Assembly (NCBI RefSeq): GCF_006345805.1
Contig: NC_042998.1
Location: forward strand, 179,242,001-179,306,000
Direction: 5' to 3'
Length of the DNA: 64,000 nucleotides
Origin: Octopus sinensis
Lineage: Eukaryota
Below the pieces are notes generated by a model. The model saw nothing but the letters and a program-made list of their open reading frames with translations. It was not told where the DNA came from and did no database searches. Position numbers and translations under genes: made by a program. Positions 38,091 through 50,543 of this stretch are shown here, in pieces (within the stretch, counting starts at the first letter, position 1; each line of letters begins with the position of its first letter).

Positions 38091-38796
38091 TTCTGGTTAC
38101 GGTTCTGAAATGTTATTATGGTCGTAAAATACCAACCTCACTAAATATTTAGAAATAAAAGTGGGTATGCCTCCGTAATTTAGTCTCATACGGGAATGCC
38201 TACTTCCATGATTAGCTTAAGGGTTTCTACAGTGCATTACCATTATATTACCATTATTTCGGTTGAAATTACACAACTTTTGTTTCACTTTATTAAAAAA
38301 ATAATGAAGAATTTAGTAAAATAACTTTGTCATCATTAAGCTGGTATTTGGAACTTAAAGTTTGAAGGAAAGTTTTAATTTAAATCATGTTAAAATTGGA
38401 TGTTTGCATTAATGAACAAGGGGCAGTCACAAGTGGGTTGGTATGAAAAGGAGAAATGAAATAAGCAAAGAGATATTATGACAAGCAAGGAAGATAACTC
38501 TGAATATCGGAAAAATTGAAAGTCTACCTATTCTACAGTATTGCAGAATGTTTTCCAGAAGTATTTTCTCTCATCCATAATTGTTGATATTCTACAGGAT
38601 GATATTTTTTGTCAAAGAGAATTTGTTGAACTATTTGCTGTTCTCTATGCTGTCGTATGAATTAAAAACGGTCTTCTTGCCTATATACATATATATTTCG
38701 TTGTTACAAGTTTTCTTTGCAAATTTCTGTTTCTTTTATTTATATTTAATGATAAAAATGTCTTGTTTTTTTTTTCTCCTCAAATCTTTAAATCCT

Positions 38797-39500
38797 TAAA
38801 ATGTTTCAGCCCGAAGGCTTCGGCCATGCTGGGGCACCACCGTTGAATGAGCTACACTAGTATGTGAAACCACCTCTGATACGTGGCACTTGATCAACAA
38901 GGGAGTTCGATGCCGCTGCCCGCATCTGTGTTTCCTGCCGAGAGGTAGGTTCATCTGAGGCCCCTGACAAGAAGAGATCCAGTTTAGTTTTAAAGAAACC
39001 CACATCCACACCATGCATGTCTTTCAGGCATTTAGGAAGGATATTGAAGAGCCGTGGTCCTCTGAAACCTAAGCTGTTGCAGTATCTAGTCCTGTATTCT
39101 GATGGTGATGTTGGGATCTTTGGCACCCTGCAGTGGCGCCCCGTTCTACTGTTGGGGTAACTTTGAATGCCAAAGTTTGAGACAAGACCCTCCAGGATTT
39201 TCCAGATGTATATCACTGCATATCTCCCCCGCCTTCGCTCCAGGGAGAAGAGTTTTAGTACTTTCAGTCTTTCCCAGTAGCTGATATGTTGCGTTGAGAC
39301 GATCTTCTTAGTGTAGCTTCGTTGAATTGCTTCGAGTTCTGCTGCTAACTTTATATTGTGTGGTGACCATAGTTGGGAGCAGTAGTCCAAGTTGCTGAGG
39401 ACGAATGTCTTCCAAAGGACCATCAGTGTCTCCAATCCTCGTGAGTAATTTTTATAAAATATCATATAAATAACTGTGTTAAAATTCAACCTGCAGGGGA
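38797..39500 (-). mobile_element. CR1-clade LINE 3' end, with 3' stem-loop tail
   Basis: ORF 38857-39489: LWKTFVLSNLDYCSQLWSP...LEAIQRSYTKKI...SYWERLKVLKLFSLERRR; tail GGTGGTGCCCCAGCATGGCCGAAGCCTTCGGGCTGAAAC. Confidence 0.88.
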
Positions 39501-40543
39501 CACCAAGAACTTAAGGTCGGCACTGGTAGGTGGCCTTTGTCTTGGGCAACATCGGTGGAATTGAGATTAAAGAATTGCATGCATGGACAACTACCTGACT
39601 TCGACATAAAATCTCTTTCGTGTCTGCGCATGTGGTGCCCACGCTCGCGAGCGCGTACACACGTACACACGTGCGCGCACACGCAAGCGCCCACATGTTT
39701 CTACAGCCACCTATGTATCATACTTAATGCAAATACATCACGGAAACGCAAATTAACTGCCATAGTACAGTGAGTACAAGCTACAAACAAAGTCCAGCGA
39801 AGCAGAAATGCGTATCTTGCATTGCCACCGCCACTTCTGGGCGATTTTCGTCTGCTACTGATGTATCTGTGTTTTTAAACAAATTACGTCCATAAGAGAT
39901 GTTAACTGGAAGAATACTACAATTAAGCTTTAACGATGTATTTGGATTTAATATGTTATACGGATGATTATTTTAATCTAATATTGCTTCTGTTACATAT
40001 GATAGATTTATATTTACATTTACACCTATGTATATGGTCAACTTTGACCGACAAATGTGCCTCCCTAGAACACTGTCGAAATTCGTACACGTGTTTTAAA
40101 GTCAATGGCTAGCTTTCTGTTATATTTTATCCTGTATTCAAATTATTCCGAATATGTATTTACTTTTTCGGACAGTCCATTGAAATTTGAAGGAGATTTG
40201 GATTGACATTTCTAGCAAACCGTATAGATTTAGCACCACTCTCGGTTTGTGTAAGAGCTTAGTTTCTTGCAAGTCAAATCATTACACACACACACACTAA
40301 TCTCATTCTCTTTCTCACTCACTCACTCACTTCCACTCCCACACGACTCTGACAATCTTATAAGGCGAGGAGGATGGTGATGGTGATGGTGAAGGTGGTG
40401 GTGGGATAGTGAGAGAAGAACAGGTGATAATGGGTTAAGGAAACCAAAACTAGTGAAACGATAATTTCATTTTCTCTAATCTCTTATTGTTTTATCTGTT
40501 GTCTTACGGGTCGAATCATTTCTTTAGTTCTCCTTATATCGAG

Positions 40544-40617
40544 ATGGAACTCTTGCCGATCTGCTATTGGACCCTTCTTCTTCTAGCGCCAGTCTTACTG
40601 GCTTTCCTAGTTTACAA
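40544..40617 (+). CDS. fax: fax/FAXC-like gene, coding exon 1 (N-terminal hydrophobic anchor)
   Basis: ATG...AA|gtaagg; MELLPICYWTLLLLAPVLLAFLVY; phase 2 joins exon 48316 to give ...LVYKIYFQKKREIPK. Confidence 0.8.
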
Positions 40618-42050
40618 GTAAGGACACTTTCAGAATTTATTACCTGTGTGTTTGCGTTATTGTGGTTTAATCCTAAGTTAAGAAGAGCTACGATCAACGT
40701 CACTTTTTTTTGCCATCTTTTTAACCCAATCTAAGAGTATACCCAATATCTAATACAATTCTTACATTTTTATATAGGGTGAGGTAAATTATAGGACTTA
40801 ATACAAATGTAGGATATTCTTTAATACATTATAATTGAAAGTCTCCGATTTCCAGTACTTGTGTGTGTATGTATGTATGTATGTATGTATGTATGTATGT
40901 AGTATGTATGTATGTATGTATGTATGTATGTATGTATGTATGTGTGTTTGTGTGTGTGTGTATGTATGTGTGTGTGTGTGTGTGTGTATGTGTGTGTATG
41001 TATGTATGTATGTATGTATGTATGTATGTATGTATGTGTGTATGTGTGTGTGTATGTATGTATGTATGTATGTATGTTTGTATGTGTGTATGTATGTTAT
41101 TATTCAGTTTTGTTTCCAGATTTCTTGCCAGTTGAGAAAGAACCGGTTTCTAACCTAGATCCCTCGTTGGAATTTCAACAATATCAACAGAGTATGTATG
41201 TATGTATGCATGTATGTATGTATGTTGCTTCCAGATTTGTTGCCAATAAAGAACCAGTTTCTAATCTAGATCCAAAGCTCCTTCGTTGGAATTTCAACGA
41301 TATCAACAGGGTATGTATGTATGTATGTATGTATGTATGTATGTATGTATGTATGTATGTATGTATGTATGTATGTATGTATGTATGTATGTGTGTATGT
41401 TTGTATGTATGTATGTATGTATGTATTGTGCTTTTCGTAGAGCGTGGGTTACAAACTCAAGGACAGACCTGAGTCGTACAAACTTTAGCTACTCCCGTGG
41501 TATGTTATGAGCGGAGGGGTAATTGGTTATTATTTGTGAAAGGTCGAGCGACATCATATAAGCTTTTATTGTGTGTGATTCTTTTTTTAAAGTTAAAATC
41601 TTCCACGTGCCACACCTTACCATCATTTCTTCTTATTTAAAAAAAAAAACACGTTTTTTAATGTAGCCCGAGTTACCCTGTGCCTTTAAAATAAAAGATG
41701 GGGTGAAGATGAGAACAATAAAATTTAAGTTACCTTCTCGAGTCGTACCGATTTTTTAGGGCCTGTTTCCCGGGTTCATGGCGTGTAAATTGCCGACCTG
41801 GACGAGATACCGGTCCATCGCAGGAATTTTGTTAGTTGAGTGAACTGGAACAGCGTGAAATGAAGTGTTTTGCCCAAGAACACAACGCATCGCCTGGTCT
41901 GGGTGTCGAAACCGCAATCTTACGCTCATGAGTCAAACAACCTTAACCACTAAGCCACGCGCCTCCAAGATGAATACAGTGCTTTTGGTCATAGGACTAC
42001 TGGGCCAGAATTAACCTGGGGCTAAATGGCAATAACAACGCTAGACAGAT

Positions 42051-42090
<40 letters not shown>

Positions 42091-42178
42091 GTGCATGCAT
42101 GCGTGCACTGGAATCTCGTTATATGAATCTATAGAAATATTGAAAGACAAGTATTAGTTTAATTAAAACGCAACAGAT

Positions 42179-42344
42179 AGGCGCAGGAGTGGCTGTGTGG
42201 TAAGTAGCTTGCTTACCAACCACATGGTCCCGGGTTCAGTCCCACTGCGTGGCACCTTGGGCAAGTGTCTTCTACTATAGCCTCGGGCCAACCAAAGCCT
42301 TGTGAGTGGATTTGGTAGACGGAAACTGAAAGAAGCCCGTCATA

Positions 42345-42426
<82 letters not shown>

Positions 42427-42630
42427 GTGTGTGTGTGTGCGTGTATGTTTGTGTGTCTGTGTTTGTCCCCCTAACACGGTTTGACAACCGATGGTGGTGT
42501 GTTTATGTCCCCGTAACTTAGCGGTTCGGCAAAAGAAACCGATAGAATAAGCACTGGGCTTACAAAGATTAAAGGCGGTGCTCCAGCATGGCTGCAGTCA
42601 AATGACTGAAACAAGTAAAAGAGAGTAAAG
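42179..42630 (+). mobile_element. SINE family A
   Basis: AGGCGCAGGAGTGGCTGTGTGGTAAG...GACTGAAACAAGTAAAAGAG. Confidence 0.9.
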
Positions 42631-43085
42631 AAAGAGAGATATATCACAACGAAACAGCTGCCTGTAAAATAACGATGTATTGGTTATTGGTGGAATTACT
42701 TTGATCTCAGACCTGCTACATCAAAGCAATTCCGGAACTAATTAAAAATTAGTGACAGACTCATTTAACAAGGAATCCTCTGAGTGGTCGCTCGACCTCT
42801 CAGAAATCGGGATAAAATCTCAGATTAGAAAGAACAGTAATCTGTTATTGTTGTTGTTGTTAACTGTAGGTGAGCCTTAATACAGAAAACCTCTATGATC
42901 AAAGACGTTTCAATAGTAATGATCTGCCTACTATTTCTAGCAGATTGAGTGATCGTGTAAAACAGAGGTTCCTAACCTACGGGTCGTGAGTCACTTACTA
43001 CCGGGCTGCACAGAAAGAATAAATTTTAGAATTTTTCTTTCTGTGTTATTAACTATCGCATATATACCTCTCTCTGTCTCTCTCA

Positions 43086-43128
<43 letters not shown>

Positions 43129-43167
43129 TCTCTTTCTCGCCCTCTCCTCTCTCTATGTAAGTATATG

Positions 43168-43250
<83 letters not shown>

Positions 43251-43648
43251 GTTTGTGAAGGAGACAGAGTTACAGCGTTCATCAAAAATAAAAAAGTAAA
43301 ATGTCTTTTTTTAAACACGAGATATAGTCTTCCAATTTAGGATGTTTTTGAAAGACAAATGTAATTTATGCACGTCCACAAATTAGCACCCTATCGCTCC
43401 ATCTTTAGGACATTGCTCACGATCATGGCTGTGTTTTAGTCAACTTATTTTGGTAAATTTTTAGATTAACACCCGTACGATTTTCACTAAGAAAAAAAGA
43501 AAAAAAAACTCGGATTTTTTTTGCATGGAATCAAGTACCCTGACCCTCTAATATGCTGCAAATCCCTTATTTTGGTTCGGAGAAAAGTGGGGTAGGGCGA
43601 GGGGGGACCTTTCACACCACTTCACGATAGATAGATAGATAGATAGTT

Positions 43649-43705
<57 letters not shown>

Positions 43706-44379
43706 GAGAGAGAAAGAGAAAGGGAGACCATTTGTGTTTCTAAGTGTCTTGCTATGAAGAATAAGAATTACACAGAATATTGTTAGTATTCTTCTGGCAT
43801 CTACAGGAGTAAATTGCCATTACAGTTGACTTTGCATTCCATCCTTTTGGGGTCAAGTAATGCCCTTCCCTAGTCGACCAAGAAGGCGGCCTAGTGGTAA
43901 AGCAAAATGCTTCGCAGAATTTGTACCGGTTCTTTATATTCTGAGTTCAAATGAACTTCGTTTTCATTCTTCTCGAGGTTAATAAAATAAAATACTAATC
44001 AGATACCAGAGTCGCTTGTATTGACTATGTCTCCAACCCTTAAAATTTCTGGCTTTGTACCTAAATCAGAAACCATTATTTAAGGTTGTACATTAACAGA
44101 ATCAGTAAGGCCGGAAAAAATATTTTGCGGTATTTGTATCGTCCCTTTACAGCCTGAGTTCAAATCCCGTTGGAACTTTGCTTTTGGAGTCGATGAAATA
44201 TAGTACCAGTATCAGTTTTAGTACTGGGTCGATGTTATCGACTAACCTCATGCCACCTATGACCGTCCCAGCTTATAGTTTTTAGAATAATGTTTGTTTT
44301 ACAATATTTCCATGGATTGGCGACGAATGTCGTTGCTATTTCTAGCATGTTTGGTGACAGTTGTACAAGCACACACACA

Positions 44380-44435
<56 letters not shown>

Positions 44436-45866
44436 ACACACACACACGCACGCACGCATGCACGCACGCACTTACACATACTTAAACATGAGCCTGTCTC
44501 TTGTTATTAATTTTGCCATTGTCGGCTCAGATCCAGCTAACCAAAAGCCAAAGGCATTCCACCCACGGCCATCCCATGTTTTAGTTTCCAGGCATAGTGC
44601 ACCTCGAATTACATAATCCATTGTGTCCTTTTTTGAGACATAAATTTCTTTTTAAATGACTGGGTGTGACATGAGAGAGGTTTTAAAAAGGTGAAACGGT
44701 TACATTTCCAACATGTGGTGGTGGCATTTGGAACACTTTTAAGAAAGACTGATATGTCACGCTTCACTGCCTTTACTAGACAGGATAGTCACAGTTGGGA
44801 CGCTTTTAAAGAAAGAAAGGCATTTTAGAAAAACATGTTTTCGTACATACGTGCATTTTCGCGCATCCACGTAACTGCTCATTTGCAAATGAATTGAATT
44901 CTGTTAGCACAAACCTGCATGACAAATTTGCTCTAACAGTCTAAGGTTCGGTTACTTCACTCTCTAGCCGAAATGGAAGTAGGTACCCTGAGAACCTTTT
45001 TTCAGATAGCACTGCTCATCCCATATGGAGAAGGGGACAAAAGACGGACCCTAAAAAGAGTTCAATTTACTCACCCCAGACTAGTTTACAGTGACCAGTA
45101 GTACAGTCAGAAAAAAAATATCAATTTTTAAGAAGTGGTTCATAGAACTATGGAATCCACTAAGAGAATGATAGCAATCCCAATTACTTCGGAGTTTGCA
45201 TGGAAAAACCAGGATATAGTTACATTGAGACTTGTTGAAGAGAATCAACTGAAAGAAATAAGGGCAAATTATACGATCTCATGGAAGGGTAAACAAAAAT
45301 GGAAAATCAGAATAAGTGGTGTTAGATTTACCATAAAATAATTTTTTCTTGCTTCTTACCTGGAATCTATTCCTAAGAGGCTAAATGATAGAATTATAGA
45401 ATCATTTCTCTGAAACATGAAAAGAGTAACATATTTGTTAAATCTCCAATTGTAACCAATTGTAACCAGCGGTGGTGCCCCAGCATGGCCGCGGCCTTCG
45501 GGCCAAAACATTTTTAAGGATTTAAGTTCAAGAGAGACTTAGGATCAGTTTTACTCTGACCTTAAATCCTCGTTTCCATCTGCATCAGCTTCTGATAATC
45601 CTATTTAGTTTGATGATTTCTCAATGCTAAATTAAGTTGGACAGAACTATATGAACTCATATCTTCGGCCATCACGAGGAGAATTCTTGTAACAGCAATA
45701 GCCTCCATCTTTTAAGGAAATGTGCTGAACACAATCACTTTATAGCCAACACAAACTTTCCGGCAAGATGAATAGCATCTTGGATGCATCATCGCTCAAT
45801 TCACTGGCATTGTCTAGACTATGTACTCATGAGGAGTGATCTCAATAATATGTGGATCTCAATAAG

Positions 45867-46280
45867 CGTAGGAGTGGCTGTGTGGTAAGTAGCTTGCTCA
45901 CGAGCCCCGTGGTTCCGAGTTCAGTCCCACTGCGTGACACCTTGGGCAAGTGTCTTCTACTATAGCTTCGGTCCGACCAAAGCCTTGTGAGTGGATTTGG
46001 TAGACGGAAACTGAGAGAAGTCCGTCGTATATATGCATATATAAATATGTATGTGTGTGTGTGTATGCGTTTGTGTGTCTGTGTTTGCCCCCACACACAC
46101 ACAACATCGCTTGACAACCAATGCTGGTGTGTTTACGGTTCGACAAAAGAGACCGATAGAATAAGTGCTAATAAGTACTAGGCTTATAAAGAATAAGACA
46201 TGGGGTCGATTTGCTCGACTAAAGGCGGTGCTCCAGCATGGCCACAGTCAAACGACTGAAACAAGTAAAGGAGTAAAAGA
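45867..46280 (+). mobile_element. SINE family A
   Basis: Near full-length copy in fax intron 1. Confidence 0.9.
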
Positions 46281-46599
46281 GCTGAATGAAGCACTGGTAA
46301 TAGACTCATTGTAATTAAAGGTGACGATTGGAGCGTTAACAAATTTACTTCTCTTTTCATGTTTCAGAGAAATGATTCTATAATTCTATCGTTTAGTTCC
46401 TTAGGAACAGATTCCAGGTAAGAAGCAAGAAAGTCGGAGGTGAATCTTTAAATCATCGTCTTAAAGCCATTTCTGAAGGTCCCTTTGAAAAGTTCAACAA
46501 ATCGTCCTTCAGTCCTGATGGCAAATAGAGCACCTGGGTTTTTTTTAAGAGATGCTGTACACCTTGACCGTGGACATAGTTGCCACAAAGAATGGTTTG

Positions 46600-46920
46600 G
46601 TGAGATAGCAAAATGTTTTCCTTCAAGAATAGGCCAATTAAAGTTGTTAGCAATGCAGCCAACTTACAATACAAAACAAACCTTTGCGTTCAGGAAAATG
46701 TTCTCTCCTATAACAGGAAACTAAAAGTCACAAAAATGACTGGAAGAGCTCAAGAGATATTGTTTGTGTATGCCAACACAAACAATACACAAATATTTTT
46801 TGAAAATCTTAGTGCATTCTATGGCCCAGCTTGTATGGATGTTTCGCCGTTTCTCACAACGGATAAAAATGCATGTATCAAAGACAAAGAATATAGCAAA
46901 AGATGACTGAATAAACCAAC
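46600..46920 (+). mobile_element. Decayed RTE/BovB-like fragment (region between EN and RT)
   Basis: YANTNNTQIFFENLSAFYGP...SPFLTTDKNACIKDKE resembles YAD.ND.K.FY..LK..YGP....SPL...DG..L.DK. Confidence 0.6.
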
Positions 46921-47092
46921 CAACATAAATAAGAAATCTATAAATAACCTGACGTAGATTTCTATTAAGACAGCTCTTACGGAAATTCTCAACTGGTAAG
47001 AAATTTAGAAATAAAACTTGATAATAACATACATAAATTCATGCTTACATATATAGACATAACATCCCCCCCCCGCACATACACACATTCAT

Positions 47093-47127
<35 letters not shown>

Positions 47128-47552
47128 ATATAAATAAATGTGCCCTTTTAAAGCCTAACCAGGCTCATGGGCCCGGTTTCCCGGTTTCTATGGCGTATGT
47201 GTTCCCCAGCTGGACGGGATGCCAGTCCATCGCAGCATTACTCATTTTTGTCAGCTGAGTGGATTGGAGCAGCGTGAAATAAAGTGTTTTGCTCAAGAAC
47301 ACGAGTCGCCCGGTCCAAGAATCGAAACCACAATCTTACGATCATGTTCTGACACCCTAACCACTAAGCCACGCGCCTCCACCTATGTATGTAAAGTAGA
47401 TAATAAAAAGGGAAATTATGAAGTAAGGGGGAACCAAACAAATAAATAGCATATGAAGTTAAACAAGTGTAGAAAAATTCAGTGAAAGGAAGAGTAACCA
47501 TGAAAGAATGTGTTCAAGGAAAGTAACTACTTCAGATAAATGTAACAGAGGA

Positions 47553-47590
47553 GGAACTAACGTTTTAGATAATGTCCTTTATCAGAGAGA
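47553..47590 (-). ncRNA. Fossil hammerhead-like motif
   Basis: Minus strand CT-CTGATAA-AGGAC(ATT)ATCT-AAAA-CG-TT-AG; a few transitions away from CTGATGA-AGGAC..GTCC-GAAA-CG-TT. Confidence 0.4.
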
Positions 47591-47690
47591 AGTAAAAGAA
47601 ATAAGATAGTGAGAGAAAAAGAGGAGAGATACTAAATTTACAAAGTCTGTTTATAGAGCAGGCTTTGTGTACAAAAATATTTACAAAGAT

Positions 47691-48099
47691 GGGATCTTTT
47701 CGGTTTGAACGGCAGTTTTTAACATAATTTTTAGGTAGCTAAAAAATTTTAAACTTCGTATCCTGGTAGAATGTGTTTATAAAACATCTTTTTCTCTTGG
47801 CTTTATTGAGAAAATTCTATAGTTTGTAAGATAGTTGTTGTCTTTTTTCTTCAATTTCTGCAATTTCAACCAATGACGTCGATTGAGGTAAAAAACATTC
47901 TGTGCCGTATGAATATGTCCCTCGTTTAAGAAACAGATTGGGTTTATTTACATTTCTGAAGAAAAAAAGATACCCTTATCCCCACCCATAACCCTAAAAC
48001 AGATTGAAATGCAATAGATCGATACTAGGGTCTTAATTATGGGTGACAATTTCATATGACACCGCTAGAAAAAACTGCCGTTCAAACCGAAAAGATCCC
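47691..48099. mobile_element. MITE with perfect 30-bp TIRs
   Basis: GGGATCTTTTCGGTTTGAACGGCAGTTTTT ... AAAAACTGCCGTTCAAACCGAAAAGATCCC. Confidence 0.9.
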
Positions 48100-48315
48100 A
48101 AACATGTATATATAACATACATGCACACACGTTCTTATACATCTAAACATTCCCATACCTATCTATAAGCAAACATATGTATGCATATAAAAAGATGGAA
48201 AGCAGACACATGATTCTAATGTAGGGGAACTTCAGCATTTAATTCATTATTATATGTATTGAGTACTTTTCCGTTTTGTTTGCGAATTCTTATACATATA
48301 TATGTAATTTCATAG

Positions 48316-48457
48316 GATTTATTTCCAGAAAAAGCGTGAAATTCCCAAAAATACTGTTCTGCTGTATCAAATGGGACGTGGTCCTCATGCACCTAGCGTG
48401 TCACCGTTTCCGATGAAATTGGAGACATATCTACGGATGGCTAAAATACCATATATG
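48316..48457 (+). CDS. fax: fax/FAXC-like exon 2 (GST-like N domain)
   Basis: catag/gtctgt; 142 nt; IYFQKKREIPKNTVLLYQMGRGPHAPSVSPFPMKLETYLRMAKIPYM (family motif P..PS.SPF.LKLET.LR...IPY). Confidence 0.92.
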
Positions 48458-48687
48458 GTCTGTATGTTCTATTTCAATAATTTATTTATCTTTACTTATG
48501 ATAAAATTTTGTTTCGACATTTGTTTTTAATATTAGTCCCAAAATTTGATCGATTAAACTCGCTTCCCAAATATGAGGTCTCGTGCCAAAATTAGAGATG
48601 TATTGATTGGTGGAATCGTTTGTGTTGAATATTTTTTTTTTCCTTTTATTTAGTTACAACCTTTTAGATTTTGTAAGGGAATTTAAC

Positions 48688-48885
48688 AAATTAAGTAAAT
48701 ATAACGACCTTGAAATTGAAATACAAAAGATGTGGCTTCTTAAATCGAGAACTATTCCTGTTATTGTCGGTGCCCTAGGTATGCTAAAGGGATGTCAGAA
48801 ACATCTAGATAACATTCCAGGAGAACCATATCTCAGAGAAATCCAAAAGATTGTGCTGACATGTACTGCCCACATCCTTAGAAAA
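48688..48885 (+). mobile_element. RLE-type non-LTR retrotransposon 3' fragment (R4/Dong/HERO-like)
   Basis: KLSKYNDLEIEIQKMW...IPVIVGALG...IQKIVLTCTAHILRK matches K..KY..L..EI...W....P...GALG...QK..L..T..ILRK. Confidence 0.75.
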
Positions 48886-49308
48886 CCCAATCAATTTAGA
48901 TGTCTGTTGTATTACATGAAGATATTTCGCAACTATTTAAGGGGGACGAGCTGTCAGAAACGTTAGCACGCCGGGCGAAATTCGTAGCGATATTTCGTCT
49001 GCCGTTACGTTTTGAGTTCAAATTCCGCTGAGGTCGACTTTGCCTTTCATCCTTTCGGGGTCGATAAATTAAGTACCAGTTACGCACTGGAGTCGATGTA
49101 ATCGACTTAATCCCCTCGTTTGTCGCCTCTATGTTTAGCCCATTGTGGACAATAAAGAAATAACAATCAGCCAGGCATTTGTTTCCAGTCTGTTCTTTGA
49201 TGTGATCTGTTCACAAATGACTCTGACGTCTTCTTGCTCTTTTCTCCTCTGTACTTCCTTTCAGGATGGTGTTGGGCAATGTCTCGTGGCACATTATATT
49301 CTCTTTAT

Positions 49309-49703
49309 TTTTACTCTTTTACTTGTTTCAGTCATTTGACTGCGGCCATGCTGGAGCACCGCCTTTAGTCGAGCAAATCGACCCCAGGACTTATTCTTTG
49401 TAAGCCTAGTACTTATTCTATCGGTCTCTTTTGCCGAACCGCTAAGTGACGGGGACGTAAACACACCAGCATCGGTTGTCAAGCGATGTTGGGGGGACAA
49501 ACAGAAACACACACACACACATATATATACACATATATACGACGGGTTTCTTTCAGTTTCCGTCTACCAAATATACTCACAAGGCTTTGGTCGGCCCGAG
49601 GCTATAGTAGAAGACACTTGCCCAAGGTGCCAAGCAGTGGGACTGAACCCGGAACCATGTTGTTGGTAAGCAAGCTACTTACCACACAGCCACTCCTACG
49701 CCT
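49309..49703 (-). mobile_element. SINE family A
   Basis: Full-length reverse-complement copy in fax intron 2. Confidence 0.9.
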
Positions 49704-50543
49704 ATGTCCAAAATATTATGGCTTTGTGGACTTCATTCTCGACAATAAGTGTCTTTGAACTTCTATGTTTTCTAGTGCTGCAGCGTTTGTTATCTTGTCT
49801 TTCCGGGTTATACTGTGACCAGTCTGCGAAAGATCTATAGTTTACTACACAATTTCAGGCGCAATGTTATATCTTGAGATGAAGAATAATTGCGTGCAAA
49901 AATTGAAATATTTCATGTGTATTGTACAAGAGACAGATTCACTTTGAGAATGTTTCCAACGATAAATTTCTCTCATTTTTGTTTCCATTTTCACTATCGT
50001 CTTTGTTTTTCGTTTAACGATTTCTTTTTTTTAAATCGTATCGCAAGCTGTTTTTTCTTTGTTATCATACATGACTTTTCGAATGAAAAGTGAATTGAGA
50101 AGGTTTTTGAAATTTAGCGACATTTTTCTCACTGTATCATCTAATCCATTAACTAATTTTCTCATAGACAAACCAAGATACTCCTATGGATTTTGACCAA
50201 ATAAGGTTTATTTTATAACATAGCCACCCTACCTCCCTACCACCACTTGCATCCATCGCAATGCATCATTAATGCTTTCAGGAGAATACCTCAGCACATC
50301 ACTCTCCATGCATATTTGGAATTTAAATTTTGACACTATAAGATGAAAATAAAAATTATGATAGTTACAAAACCGATCGGTCCATTATTGAGCACATGTC
50401 TTCCTACATTAAAGATTCCAGAAGTTGTGATCTTAGTCCTTTGAAGAAATGTATCATCATATTGCAATATTTTGTAATACTGGTAAAATCCGGAATTCAC
50501 AGTAGCCAGTGACGGTCCATATCGGTAAAAATCATTCAATATA

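Noticed and set aside
44312-44353. MDWRRMSLLFLACL as fax first exon or a signal peptide
   Set aside because: Weak donor (gtgaca) running into (CA)n; 40544-40617 has a strong donor and a matching phase.
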